The notes under the pieces: model-generated
Told to the model about the DNA's origin: nothing
The model's database searches: none
Seen by the model: only the letters and a program-made list of their open reading frames with translations
In this document: one piece after another, positions 19,508-27,859 of the stretch
Numbering within the stretch: position 1 is the stretch's first letter
Layout: every line of letters starts with the position of its first letter
Source: Candidatus Latescibacterota bacterium
Lineage (GTDB): Bacteria > Latescibacterota > UBA2968 > GCA-2709665
Length of the DNA stretch: 64,000 bases
NCBI GenBank assembly: GCA_965248435.1
Contig: OZ252100.1
Span: 2,496,001-2,560,000, forward strand
Direction of reading: 5' to 3'
Position numbers and translations under genes: made by a program

Positions 19508-19621
19508 TGAACGACGGTTTTGCGGTACCCGGTACCCGTGTTTTGATTTCCCGGGGCGACCCAGCGTCGCCCCCAAACCGTAAGATCCTTGTAACCTATC
19601 TACCTATCCCGGTACCCGGTC
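19508..19621 (+). repeat. GGTACC-core element, long (~110 bp) copy
   Basis: Colinear with 4330-4437. Confidence 0.82.
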
Positions 19622-20605
19622 CTAACTGTCAACCGTCTGTGTCTTGCCGGTCCGAGCTGCCCGATCAAGCGCATTGCAGAGCGCCACTGTGCGCGCCGCG
19701 TCTCGCGCATCGCACAGCGTATCGCCGTTCGTTTCGATCGCCTCCACCAGGTTCGCCAGCATCGAGGCCTTCATCTGATCTTCCTCAGATACGGCATCCG
19801 TCTCCAAGGTCTCGATGTCGCAGCCGCCGAAGTCTACCCGACTGATATGCGCCGAAAGCACGGCGCTTCGTTCGCCGTCCCACACCTCGCAGAACCACTT
19901 GGACACGTAGGGGTTCTGTCCCTGATCGCAGCTGATGACCGTGGAGAGTCCGCCGCTCTTCCACAGAACCGTGCCCACCAGACCATCCGGAAACCCCTCG
20001 GTTCCCTTGTTCTCTCCAAAGACTTTCCCCTCGGCATAGACACGATCGGGCACGCTGTCCATCAGAAACGAGATCAGATCGATCGTGTGTACCGCAGTCC
20101 CGATGACCAGACCCCCGCCCTTCTCCTTATCCCAGACCCAGGTGGAGCCGCTTGCTCGTAATTCGTCCATCGCCAGCTGACCGTGACTCATCCGGGGGTG
20201 GGGCAGCAGCTCTCGAACCTTCTGGACCGTCGGCGCGATCCGGAACTTGCAGTTCACGACCAGCTTGACACCGGCCTTTTCGACCGCCTCGGCCACCTCA
20301 GTGGCCTGGGCATACGTCAGGCAAATGGGCTTTTCCACCAGCAGGTGTTTGCCTGTTTGCGCACCCCTCATCGCCAGCGGGTGGTGGGTGTCGTGCTGCG
20401 TGGCGATCACCACCAGGTCGACGCTGTCGTCGCCCATGATCCTTTCCGGATCGGTCGTCACAAACCCACTGCCCACTTCGTCGCTCAACTTCTGTGCAGA
20501 GGCCTCCACGATATCGCAGAGGCCAGCCACCTCCAGCCCCAGCTCCTTTCCCCTGACCGCGTGACTGCGTCCTGCCCATCCACAGCCGATGATCGCCATT
20601 TTCAT
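19622..20605 (-). CDS. Gfo/Idh/MocA family oxidoreductase
   Basis: IIGCG..G..H, H..VEKP, GGG.....VHTID. Confidence 0.88.
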   Translation of the reverse strand: MKMAIIGCGWAGRSHAVRGKELGLEVAGLCDIVEASAQKLSDEVGSGFVTTDPERIMGDDSVDLVVIATQHDTHHPLAMRGAQTGKHLLVEKPICLTYAQATEVAEAVEKAGVKLVVNCKFRIAPTVQKVRELLPHPRMSHGQLAMDELRASGSTWVWDKEKGGGLVIGTAVHTIDLISFLMDSVPDRVYAEGKVFGENKGTEGFPDGLVGTVLWKSGGLSTVISCDQGQNPYVSKWFCEVWDGERSAVLSAHISRVDFGGCDIETLETDAVSEEDQMKASMLANLVEAIETNGDTLCDARDAARTVALCNALDRAARTGKTQTVDS

Positions 20606-20683
20606 ATCTCAAAACTCCTCTTTTGCGGGATTTCTAGGTGTACAAGCCACATCTGTGAATTCCAGTTTGTTCAAAAAAGGGGG

Positions 20684-20724
20684 TTGACAAACATCCGTTT
20701 TTACATAAATTTTATGTGTAAAAT
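20684..20724 (+). promoter_or_regulatory. AT-rich promoter region with palindromic operator-like site
   Basis: TTGACA followed by ACATAAA-T-TTTATGT inverted repeat (20703-20717). Confidence 0.5.
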
Positions 20725-20787
20725 GTGTACACTTCCCCTTCCCCACGGAATTGACTTCCCTGTAATTATACCCACAAGGAGACCTGA

Positions 20788-21078
20788 ATGGCCACTGCGG
20801 CGGGGAAGACAATGACTCTGATTTCCTCGACGGAGGAAACCACAGAGAACTCAAAGACAGGAAGGAGGGACAAAGACCAAAAGAGGTATAACCTTGTCTT
20901 GCCTAAAGAGCTCTATGAAGAAGTGCGACAGTTGGCAGACAAGCGACAGACAACTGTGGTAGACCTGCTACGCCGATTCATAAAACTAGGGCTCCTGGCT
21001 ACATCCATCGAAGAAGCGCCAAACTCCTCATTGCTAGTCAAGGAGAACGGCGTCGAGCGAGAGATCATCCTTCTTTGA
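20788..21078 (+). CDS. Ribbon-helix-helix (CopG-like) DNA-binding protein
   Basis: KRYNLVLPKELYEEVRQLA.....TVVDLLRRFI pattern; AGGAG RBS. Confidence 0.7.
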   Translation: MATAAGKTMTLISSTEETTENSKTGRRDKDQKRYNLVLPKELYEEVRQLADKRQTTVVDLLRRFIKLGLLATSIEEAPNSSLLVKENGVEREIILL

Positions 21079-21262
21079 GCCAGAGCTTAAGTTTCGTCCC
21101 GCGCTGAACTTCCCTACACGAAGCAGGTCTGGGCTCCCCTATCTTAACCCAGAATTTCTCCCCCGTTCCCCAATCTCCTCCTCTTCCCTTGGATTCCCCA
21201 TGTTGCCGAGAGCATTGAAATGTGCTCCCCACGGCACACATAATGTAAGGAGTTTAGTAAAC

Positions 21263-21487
21263 ATGGGCGAAATGCAACTCGAGAAGGTCGGGGTGGATGA
21301 ACTTGCAGCAGAGAAACTCCGAACCGACGTTGTGGATGTCCTAGCTAAGATCGAGCTTGTCATCACAAAGGATGATTTCATTGAGGTTAGAGCGAGGATG
21401 CCGCTCAGCAACGTCCGTAAGGTCTGCGCCGTAGTTGGAGGCGTAGCTGGTGCTATCTGGGCGTTCTGGGAGCTTGTTGCAAGATAG
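21263..21487 (+). CDS. Small hypothetical protein with C-terminal hydrophobic helix
   Basis: AAGGAG upstream; ends VCAVVGGVAGAIWAFWELVAR. Confidence 0.5.
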   Translation: MGEMQLEKVGVDELAAEKLRTDVVDVLAKIELVITKDDFIEVRARMPLSNVRKVCAVVGGVAGAIWAFWELVAR

Positions 21488-21495
21488 CAGATTCC

Positions 21496-23223
21496 TCAAG
21501 CCCTGGGAATAATCGGCAGCACGATATGCGAAGGATGTTCCTGCGTGTGGAGAATCGTCTGATGGGCGACTTCCATCCGTGTCCCCGTGAATATGCCTTC
21601 TCCTGTATTCAGGTTGCGATCGAACCGGGGGAAGTTCGAGCTCGAAATCTCGACGCGTAGACGGTGCCCTTTCAGAAACAGATTACTCGTGGGGGCAATT
21701 TCGATCCGGTACGTCTCCACACGACCCGGCTCAAGCAGTTCTTCGCGCTCCAGACTGTTTCTGTGGCGGGCCCGGAGGATCCCCTCTGCCAGATGGATCG
21801 CTCGCCCATCCGGGTGGACGTCCACGAGTTTCGCTGTAAAGTCCGTATCGCGCGCCGACGTCTCCGCGTAGAGCACCACCTCCAATGGCCCTGTCACCTC
21901 CAGATCTCGCTCGAGCGTCTCACTCGTGTAGACCAGAACATCCTCCCGAGCTTCCACCGGCCTCTGATCGAGTGGTCCCGGCAAAACCGGATCGGGCGAG
22001 TACATCACCATCGTCCACGTCGAGTTGTTCCCGCCGAGCGTGGGCACCGGGTTCTCCGGATCGTAGTCATATCGATCGGGCGGCTCGTCTCCCGGCGAGG
22101 TCGTATTCAACGTCCCGTCACCGTCGAGCGAGTTCGCGCTTCCATCGCTATGGAGGTAATAGGGCGTGTACTCGGTTCGCCCGAGCGGCCAGGCCTCTTC
22201 GAAGCGCCACACGTTTTCCCCCATCACGAAAATCCTGATCGGCGGCTCGTCCGTAATGCCGTTGCCTGCTCCCTTCAGCCAATAGTCGAACCAGCGGAGG
22301 TCCTCTTCTCTCACGTCCACGTCAGCGTCGGGCCCGAACACCTGGGGGTCCGAACCCTCCGGGGCGGCGTGTGACCACGGCCCGATCCAGATCTTCTGAT
22401 GCTTGCGGGCGAGTTCGGTGCCCGCACGCTGCCTCAGGCTGTTCCACATCCGGAACATACACCCCACGTAGGGATCGTACCAGCCGCCCTGCTGATAGGT
22501 GGGCACTTGGATCTGTTCAACGCGCTCTTCCGCGTTCACTTCCTTCCAGTAATCGTCGTAAAGGGTGTGTTCGACCCAATCGCGGTAAAAACCGATCTTA
22601 CGGCCGATCGCAGCCACATCGGCATCGATAAGCGGAAGGTGTCTGAGAAAACGCTGATCGCCGAACAGATAGGTGCATCCCCTCTGGATCAAGTTGATGC
22701 TGGAGGGAAACAGAACAGCTCCAAGAATCGTCAGCAGCCACTGGACTGCGCCCCCGATGCGGTGGCAGTCGCGAAAAAAATCGATGCAGACCACGTGCGG
22801 CGCCATCGCCGTCAGATGCGGACTCCCCAGGGGCGCGGCCAGCCACTGTACGAGTGCGGCGTAGGACCGGCCGTTCATGCCGATCTTCCCGTTGCACCAG
22901 GGCTGATTCGCCATCCACTCGAGCGTATCGTGTCCATCCTTTGCCTCGTCGTGGTAGGCATAAAAGGTGCCACCCGACTCGAACTTTCCGCGCGTGTCCT
23001 GAACGGCGGCCGCATACCCGCGACTCGCAAACCAGGCCCCCCACTCGATCAGTCCCGGCAGTGTGCTTTCGTAGGGCGTCCGCCACAGGATGGCAGGGAA
23101 GGGGCCGCCCTCACGGGGCAGGTAGACATCGGTGGACAGCTCGACGCCGTCCCGCATCGACGCCTTCAGATCGTACAGCATCCGGATATCGTGAGTGGGT
23201 TGAGATGCGTTTGCGTTTTTCAT
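21496..23223 (-). CDS. CocE/NonD family hydrolase
   Basis: MRDGV.L.TDVY.P, RTPY, QDTRG...S.G, GRSY, GGWYD, IGPWSH, SSSNFPRFDRN; start uncertain. Confidence 0.9.
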   Translation of the reverse strand: MKNANASQPTHDIRMLYDLKASMRDGVELSTDVYLPREGGPFPAILWRTPYESTLPGLIEWGAWFASRGYAAAVQDTRGKFESGGTFYAYHDEAKDGHDTLEWMANQPWCNGKIGMNGRSYAALVQWLAAPLGSPHLTAMAPHVVCIDFFRDCHRIGGAVQWLLTILGAVLFPSSINLIQRGCTYLFGDQRFLRHLPLIDADVAAIGRKIGFYRDWVEHTLYDDYWKEVNAEERVEQIQVPTYQQGGWYDPYVGCMFRMWNSLRQRAGTELARKHQKIWIGPWSHAAPEGSDPQVFGPDADVDVREEDLRWFDYWLKGAGNGITDEPPIRIFVMGENVWRFEEAWPLGRTEYTPYYLHSDGSANSLDGDGTLNTTSPGDEPPDRYDYDPENPVPTLGGNNSTWTMVMYSPDPVLPGPLDQRPVEAREDVLVYTSETLERDLEVTGPLEVVLYAETSARDTDFTAKLVDVHPDGRAIHLAEGILRARHRNSLEREELLEPGRVETYRIEIAPTSNLFLKGHRLRVEISSSNFPRFDRNLNTGEGIFTGTRMEVAHQTILHTQEHPSHIVLPIIPRA

Positions 23224-23340
23224 TTTCTTAAACCCATGGTCGATTCGGCATATGAACTGCTTCATATCTAGCACGGGCAGACAAGCTGCCCGTGGCACCG
23301 GCAGCTTGCTGCCGGTGGCTTGTATCTAGCCGCGGTCTGC

Positions 23341-24912
23341 CTATCGTCGAAGCACTTCACCCGCCCGCTCGCCCGTGAGTTTACCGTACCGAAGGGCCAG
23401 CACGCCGTTAACAACCACGTGGGCCATGCCCTTCGCGATTTGATTGGGCTCGAACGTGGTCCCGGTTTCGCCGAACATCTCAGGATCAAAGATGGCGAGG
23501 TCGGCGTGCGCACCCTTTCGGATGACGCCGCGATCCGACAGCCCCAGCGTCCGAGCAGGCTGCCCGGTGATCTTGAAGATGGCGGCCTCCGGCGTAAACG
23601 TCCGTGTCTCCCTCACCATCCGGCGATAAAACCAGGAGGCCCAGGTGTAGGCGCCGTGGAACACCGAATCCTCCAGCGGCCCGTCAGGCCCCAGGGCCGT
23701 CGCGTCCGAGCCGACCATACAGCACGGATGCTCGTAGGTCATCCTCAGGAGGTCCTCGGTATAGGAATGGAGGATCACCATCGGGCGATGCAACGCGTCG
23801 ACCTCCGCGATCAGAAGGTCATACGCACAGTCCAACGGATCCGCTCCCATCTGCTCGGCGATCTCTGCAAAATTCTTGCGCGAGAATTCTGGAAAGGTCG
23901 GATTGTCCAGAAGCACGACACGTTCCCAGTCGCCCAGCGAGGCGATCAGATTTCGGAACCCCTTCATCTCCGCTCGCGTCGCAGGATCTCGCAATCGCTC
24001 TACGATCTCTTCCTTACTGCCGTCCAGCACCCGATGCGGCAAAACGGTCTTGAGGTAGGTCGTCCCGAACAGCCGGGTATGCATGTCGAAAGCGACCTCA
24101 ACGCCCCGTCCGAGCGCTTCGTCAACCAGTTTCATAGAACGCTCTGCGTCGGCCGCCCCGCTCCGGGGGGTCAGGTGTGAGATCTGAAGCCTCGCGCCGG
24201 CGTTCTCCGCCGTTCGAATCGCCTCCTCGATCGCCTCCACCGCCTTCTCGTCCCGGTTTCGGGTATGCGTTGTGTATAGCCCCCCTGCCCGGGCGGCCAG
24301 TCCAGAGAGCGCCGTGACCTCCTCCTCCGGCGTCTCTGCCTCCGGCCCGGATTCCAATCCCGTCGAAAGGCCGAATGCCCCCTCTTCCATAGAACGCGTC
24401 AGGAGATCCTGCATCTGTTTCAGCTCGTCGGGTCGAGCAGGTCGCCCTTCTCTCCCCATCGTGGCCAGACGCAGCTGCCCGTTAGGAACCAGAGTCACTA
24501 CGTTGACCGCCGGCTGCGCCGAGTCCAGCTGCTCGAGGTATCCCGCCGTGCTGCGCCAGGAAATATCGACTTCCGGAGTGTATCCATAGATAAACTCCTT
24601 CGCAAGCTCTGGATCGCCCACCACGGCGCATCCGTATCCGCAGTTTCCGACCACTTCGAGCGTCACGCCCTGGCTGATCGAGCTCGCCGCACGCGGATCT
24701 ACGAGCAGCGTAAAGTCCGAGTGGCTGTGAATATCGATGAACCCGGGCGCGACGATCAGACCCGATGCATCGATAACGTCTGCTTCGCCATCCCCGTCCG
24801 CTTTCCCGACGTCAACGACCCGTCCATCGACGACGGCTAAATCACCGTGAAACGGCTTTTCGCCCGTGCCATCGACGATCGTACCTTCCCGAATCAAGAT
24901 GCTCTTACTCAA
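23341..24912 (-). CDS. N-acyl-D-amino-acid deacylase family amidohydrolase
   Basis: IVDGTG, APGFIDIHSHSD, GNCG, STGL, GSD, ADL.IFD, V.VNG; TTG start inferred. Confidence 0.9.
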   Translation of the reverse strand: MSKSILIREGTIVDGTGEKPFHGDLAVVDGRVVDVGKADGDGEADVIDASGLIVAPGFIDIHSHSDFTLLVDPRAASSISQGVTLEVVGNCGYGCAVVGDPELAKEFIYGYTPEVDISWRSTAGYLEQLDSAQPAVNVVTLVPNGQLRLATMGREGRPARPDELKQMQDLLTRSMEEGAFGLSTGLESGPEAETPEEEVTALSGLAARAGGLYTTHTRNRDEKAVEAIEEAIRTAENAGARLQISHLTPRSGAADAERSMKLVDEALGRGVEVAFDMHTRLFGTTYLKTVLPHRVLDGSKEEIVERLRDPATRAEMKGFRNLIASLGDWERVVLLDNPTFPEFSRKNFAEIAEQMGADPLDCAYDLLIAEVDALHRPMVILHSYTEDLLRMTYEHPCCMVGSDATALGPDGPLEDSVFHGAYTWASWFYRRMVRETRTFTPEAAIFKITGQPARTLGLSDRGVIRKGAHADLAIFDPEMFGETGTTFEPNQIAKGMAHVVVNGVLALRYGKLTGERAGEVLRR

Positions 24913-25134
24913 GCGTGGACAAACCCCTTTCCGGCTCTTCGTGCTCCTTCGTGTATTTCGTGATTCAAAATAGATCACCCGGAACCGAAGTCAAGCACTC
25001 CTCGGATCCTTCAGTTGAAGGCTTGTTTCAGGCGGAAAAGGGGTTTGCCAAAGGGGTGGGCCTTCACTATAATGAAGCCCTGTTTTGGACCACTTCCGAA
25101 TGTATCACTCATAAGCTGTTTCCTCCCTTCTGCA

Positions 25135-26070
25135 ATGAATAATTTCCATATAGACGCCGAAGAAATCAATCTACCCGGTGCGGCCACACCCAGGTTCCGC
25201 CGCATCCAGGTCCGGTGGAAGGACCGCCCGATCACGGACCTGACTCAGGGCAATTTCAGATGTTACCTGTATCCCGTCTACGCCCCCTCCGGAGTCCCTC
25301 TTACGGCGGAAAGCCCGGTAGATCACCCGCATCACGACTCCATCACGGTCGGCGCAGATGCCTTCCGCGTCAAGCTCCCACCCCTGACTCCGCATATCAC
25401 TAAGCACGAAGAGCTGGCGACCTACAACCTTTACGTCAATCAGGTCTTTCAAGGACGCGCCCCGGGCAGGACGTGGGGGACATCGTTCGAGAGCAAGGAA
25501 ATCTCGGAGAATCATCTAAGGGTCATCCAGAACGTCGAGTGGCAGGGCCCTGAGGAGTGGGGTGCGGCCGATGGCCGCAGGGTCCTCGCGGAGGAGACGC
25601 GCACGATCGACATCCATCCCGGTGAAGTGGCGAATGTGATCGACATCCGCTCTCAGCTCAACCCGACAGAGTGGGACATTGAAATCGGGCCGACACGCCA
25701 CGCCTACTTCACGATCCGCCTTGCCGATCGGTTGAGGGTCGTGTCAGGTGGAACCCTCAGCGACTCTGAGGGCCGCATTGGAGACGAGGCCATTACCGGC
25801 ACCACCTCGGATTGGGTGGATATGTCCGGCCCCGCGTCTCACGGTCAGCAGGCAGGGATTACCGTCATCCCACATGCCTCCACGGCAGGGATTCCGTGGG
25901 TCGCCTACGACTGGGGCACGATCAACGTCAACCCCTTCCTCGAAAAGAAGTGCGAATTGCCGAGGGGGGAAACGTTGGATCTGGGCATCCGGATCCTCGC
26001 TCACGACGGCGACGCCCTCGAAGCCGGTATCTCCGACCTCTTCGAGTCGTTTAAGCCTGACACCAATTGA
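25135..26070 (+). CDS. Uncharacterised protein of the DUF6807 / 'PmoA-like' family
   Basis: YLYPV..P.G..LT..SP.DHPHH, EE.R.I, W.D.SG motifs recalled for this family. Confidence 0.6.
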   Translation: MNNFHIDAEEINLPGAATPRFRRIQVRWKDRPITDLTQGNFRCYLYPVYAPSGVPLTAESPVDHPHHDSITVGADAFRVKLPPLTPHITKHEELATYNLYVNQVFQGRAPGRTWGTSFESKEISENHLRVIQNVEWQGPEEWGAADGRRVLAEETRTIDIHPGEVANVIDIRSQLNPTEWDIEIGPTRHAYFTIRLADRLRVVSGGTLSDSEGRIGDEAITGTTSDWVDMSGPASHGQQAGITVIPHASTAGIPWVAYDWGTINVNPFLEKKCELPRGETLDLGIRILAHDGDALEAGISDLFESFKPDTN

Positions 26071-27161
26071 TGTCATCTGCAGTGTTAAGCGATTCTGAAT
26101 CGGTCACCATCGATTTCGATGCGGCACGCCGGTTGCTCTCCGACATCATGCAGCGGTTGAATGTGCCCCCCGACGAGATCGAGATCGTCGCCGAGACCCT
26201 CATGGAGGCCAGCCTGTCCGGTCACGACACACACGGGGTCGGCCGCATCCTGATGTATGTCAAGGGCATCCGCAGAGGGACGATGGTTCCCGGCGCGAAA
26301 ATGAAGGTCGTTCACGAGTCCGAATCCACGCTCCTGCTGGATGGCGGCGCCGGATTGGGTCCCGTTACCGCCAGACACGCGTTTTACATCGCGAGCGAGA
26401 AGGCAAAGAAAACCGGAATCGGCTGTGTTTCCACGCGAAACTCGAACGACATCGCCCGGCTCGGGTCCCACGTGATGAAGCCCGCTGAACGCGGCCTGAT
26501 CGCGATACTGATGGTGAACGACGCGGGCCTCGGACCCTACGTCGCCCCCTTCGGCGGCACGCAGCCCTTCCTGAGCACCAACCCTATCGCCGCTGGCATC
26601 CCGAGAGAGGCTGAAGACCCGATCGTCATCGACATCTCCACGAGCGTCGCCGCGGCCGCCAAGGTGAGCGCGGCGGCAGATCGAGGGAAACCTGTTCCTG
26701 AAGGTTGGCTGATCTCCGAAAATGGCAGCGCAACGACCGACGCCGCCTCGTGGGTCGAAAAACAGAGCGCCCTCCTTCCACTGGGCGGGATGGTCGCGGG
26801 CCACAAGGGCTTTGCCCTCGCCCTGCTGGTCGACATCCTGGCGGGCGCGCTCGGCGGCGCCGGATGCGCGGGCTGGAATCCCGATGTCGAAAACTACGAC
26901 CCGAACGCGATCTTCGCCCTCGTGATCGATCCGGAAAAGTTCGGTCCGCTCTCGGAATTCACCCAGTCCGTCGAAGGACTGATCCAGCGACTCAAGACCG
27001 TCAAGAAGGCCCCGGGCGTTGAAGAGATCCTCGTTCCTGGAGAACGCGCCGCGCGTGAACGCCGAAAGCGAGAGAAAGAGGGCATCCCGTTGGATGCGAT
27101 CACCTGGTCCGAAATCTCGAGCGTCCTGAAAGAACTCGGCATCGAAGAAGAATATGTTTAG
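26067..27161 (+). CDS. Ldh_2 family oxidoreductase (malate/L-lactate/sulfolactate dehydrogenase-like)
   Basis: GHDTHG..R, DG..GLG, TNPIA, D.STS, LLPLGG...GHKG..L, PGE. Confidence 0.9.
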   Translation: MMSSAVLSDSESVTIDFDAARRLLSDIMQRLNVPPDEIEIVAETLMEASLSGHDTHGVGRILMYVKGIRRGTMVPGAKMKVVHESESTLLLDGGAGLGPVTARHAFYIASEKAKKTGIGCVSTRNSNDIARLGSHVMKPAERGLIAILMVNDAGLGPYVAPFGGTQPFLSTNPIAAGIPREAEDPIVIDISTSVAAAAKVSAAADRGKPVPEGWLISENGSATTDAASWVEKQSALLPLGGMVAGHKGFALALLVDILAGALGGAGCAGWNPDVENYDPNAIFALVIDPEKFGPLSEFTQSVEGLIQRLKTVKKAPGVEEILVPGERAARERRKREKEGIPLDAITWSEISSVLKELGIEEEYV

Positions 27162-27859
27162 AAGACGTGAGCTTTCTCCCCCTTCCCTTTAGGGAAGGTT
27201 CTTCGCCGAATGTTGGGGTCAAGCTAATGAGCTCTGTTGCACCGCTGAATGCCATCCGGGCCGCGGTGTGCGACTCCCTTTCGTGATGCATCTTGAAATC
27301 CCCCTCAGTCCCCCTTTTCCAAAGGGGGAAGAGTTTCATTAATGCGTGTGTTTGAACGAAAGCAATGTCATCGCTCAAAACCATCAGGGCCGCGGTGTGC
27401 GACTCCCATGCAACCTCGTTCTTTCACCTCCCACGCGGTTGGGCCCTCTGCGCCGGTCCCATCGAGGACGTCAAGCGGGGCAGGAATCCCGCCCTGATTG
27501 CCGCCACCGTCCTTTCCGCTGAGGGTGAGGTGCCGCGGCCGAAGCCCCCGCGGCGTTTGAGCAGCGCCCTTCTTTTGCCTTCGGGCGCGGCACGCCGCGC
27601 CCCTACGGCGAAATCTTGGAGTGTAGAGGCACAGCCGCGCTGTGCCCAAGGGTGGTGGTTGCGGTAGCCCTTTTCTTGTGGCGAGACAAGAAAAGCATGC
27701 CCTGAGCTTGCCGAAGGGTGGACCGCCGGAGGCATGGGGTTCTGGGGTGGGGCGAACAGATTAGGGAGCAACGAGAGATAGCCACTTTTTCCTCTTGCCC
27801 TCCCCTAGATTCGGTGAAGAGCCTTAGCGAAGGGGGGCTGGGGGGGGTTAGGTCCGAGA
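27162..27859. repeat. Non-coding mosaic of palindromic repeats
   Basis: 27-bp direct repeat (27252, 27381); tcccctt..aagggga hairpin; gcggcacgccgcgcccctac; ccctgagcttgccgaaggg; G-rich tract at 27832-27852. Confidence 0.65.

Noticed and set aside
19481-19576. N-terminal ORF extensions in the track (also 40906, 42091, 44743, 62035, 24978)
   Set aside because: They translate intergenic repeat sequence; better starts lie downstream.
25135-26070. Particulate methane monooxygenase
   Set aside because: The protein is soluble with no TM helices and no pmoB/pmoC; the 'PmoA-like' family label does not imply methanotrophy.
27252-27407. 27-bp direct repeat pair as a mini-CRISPR or att sites
   Set aside because: Only two copies, about 100 bp between them filled with other repeats; no cas or integrase gene.
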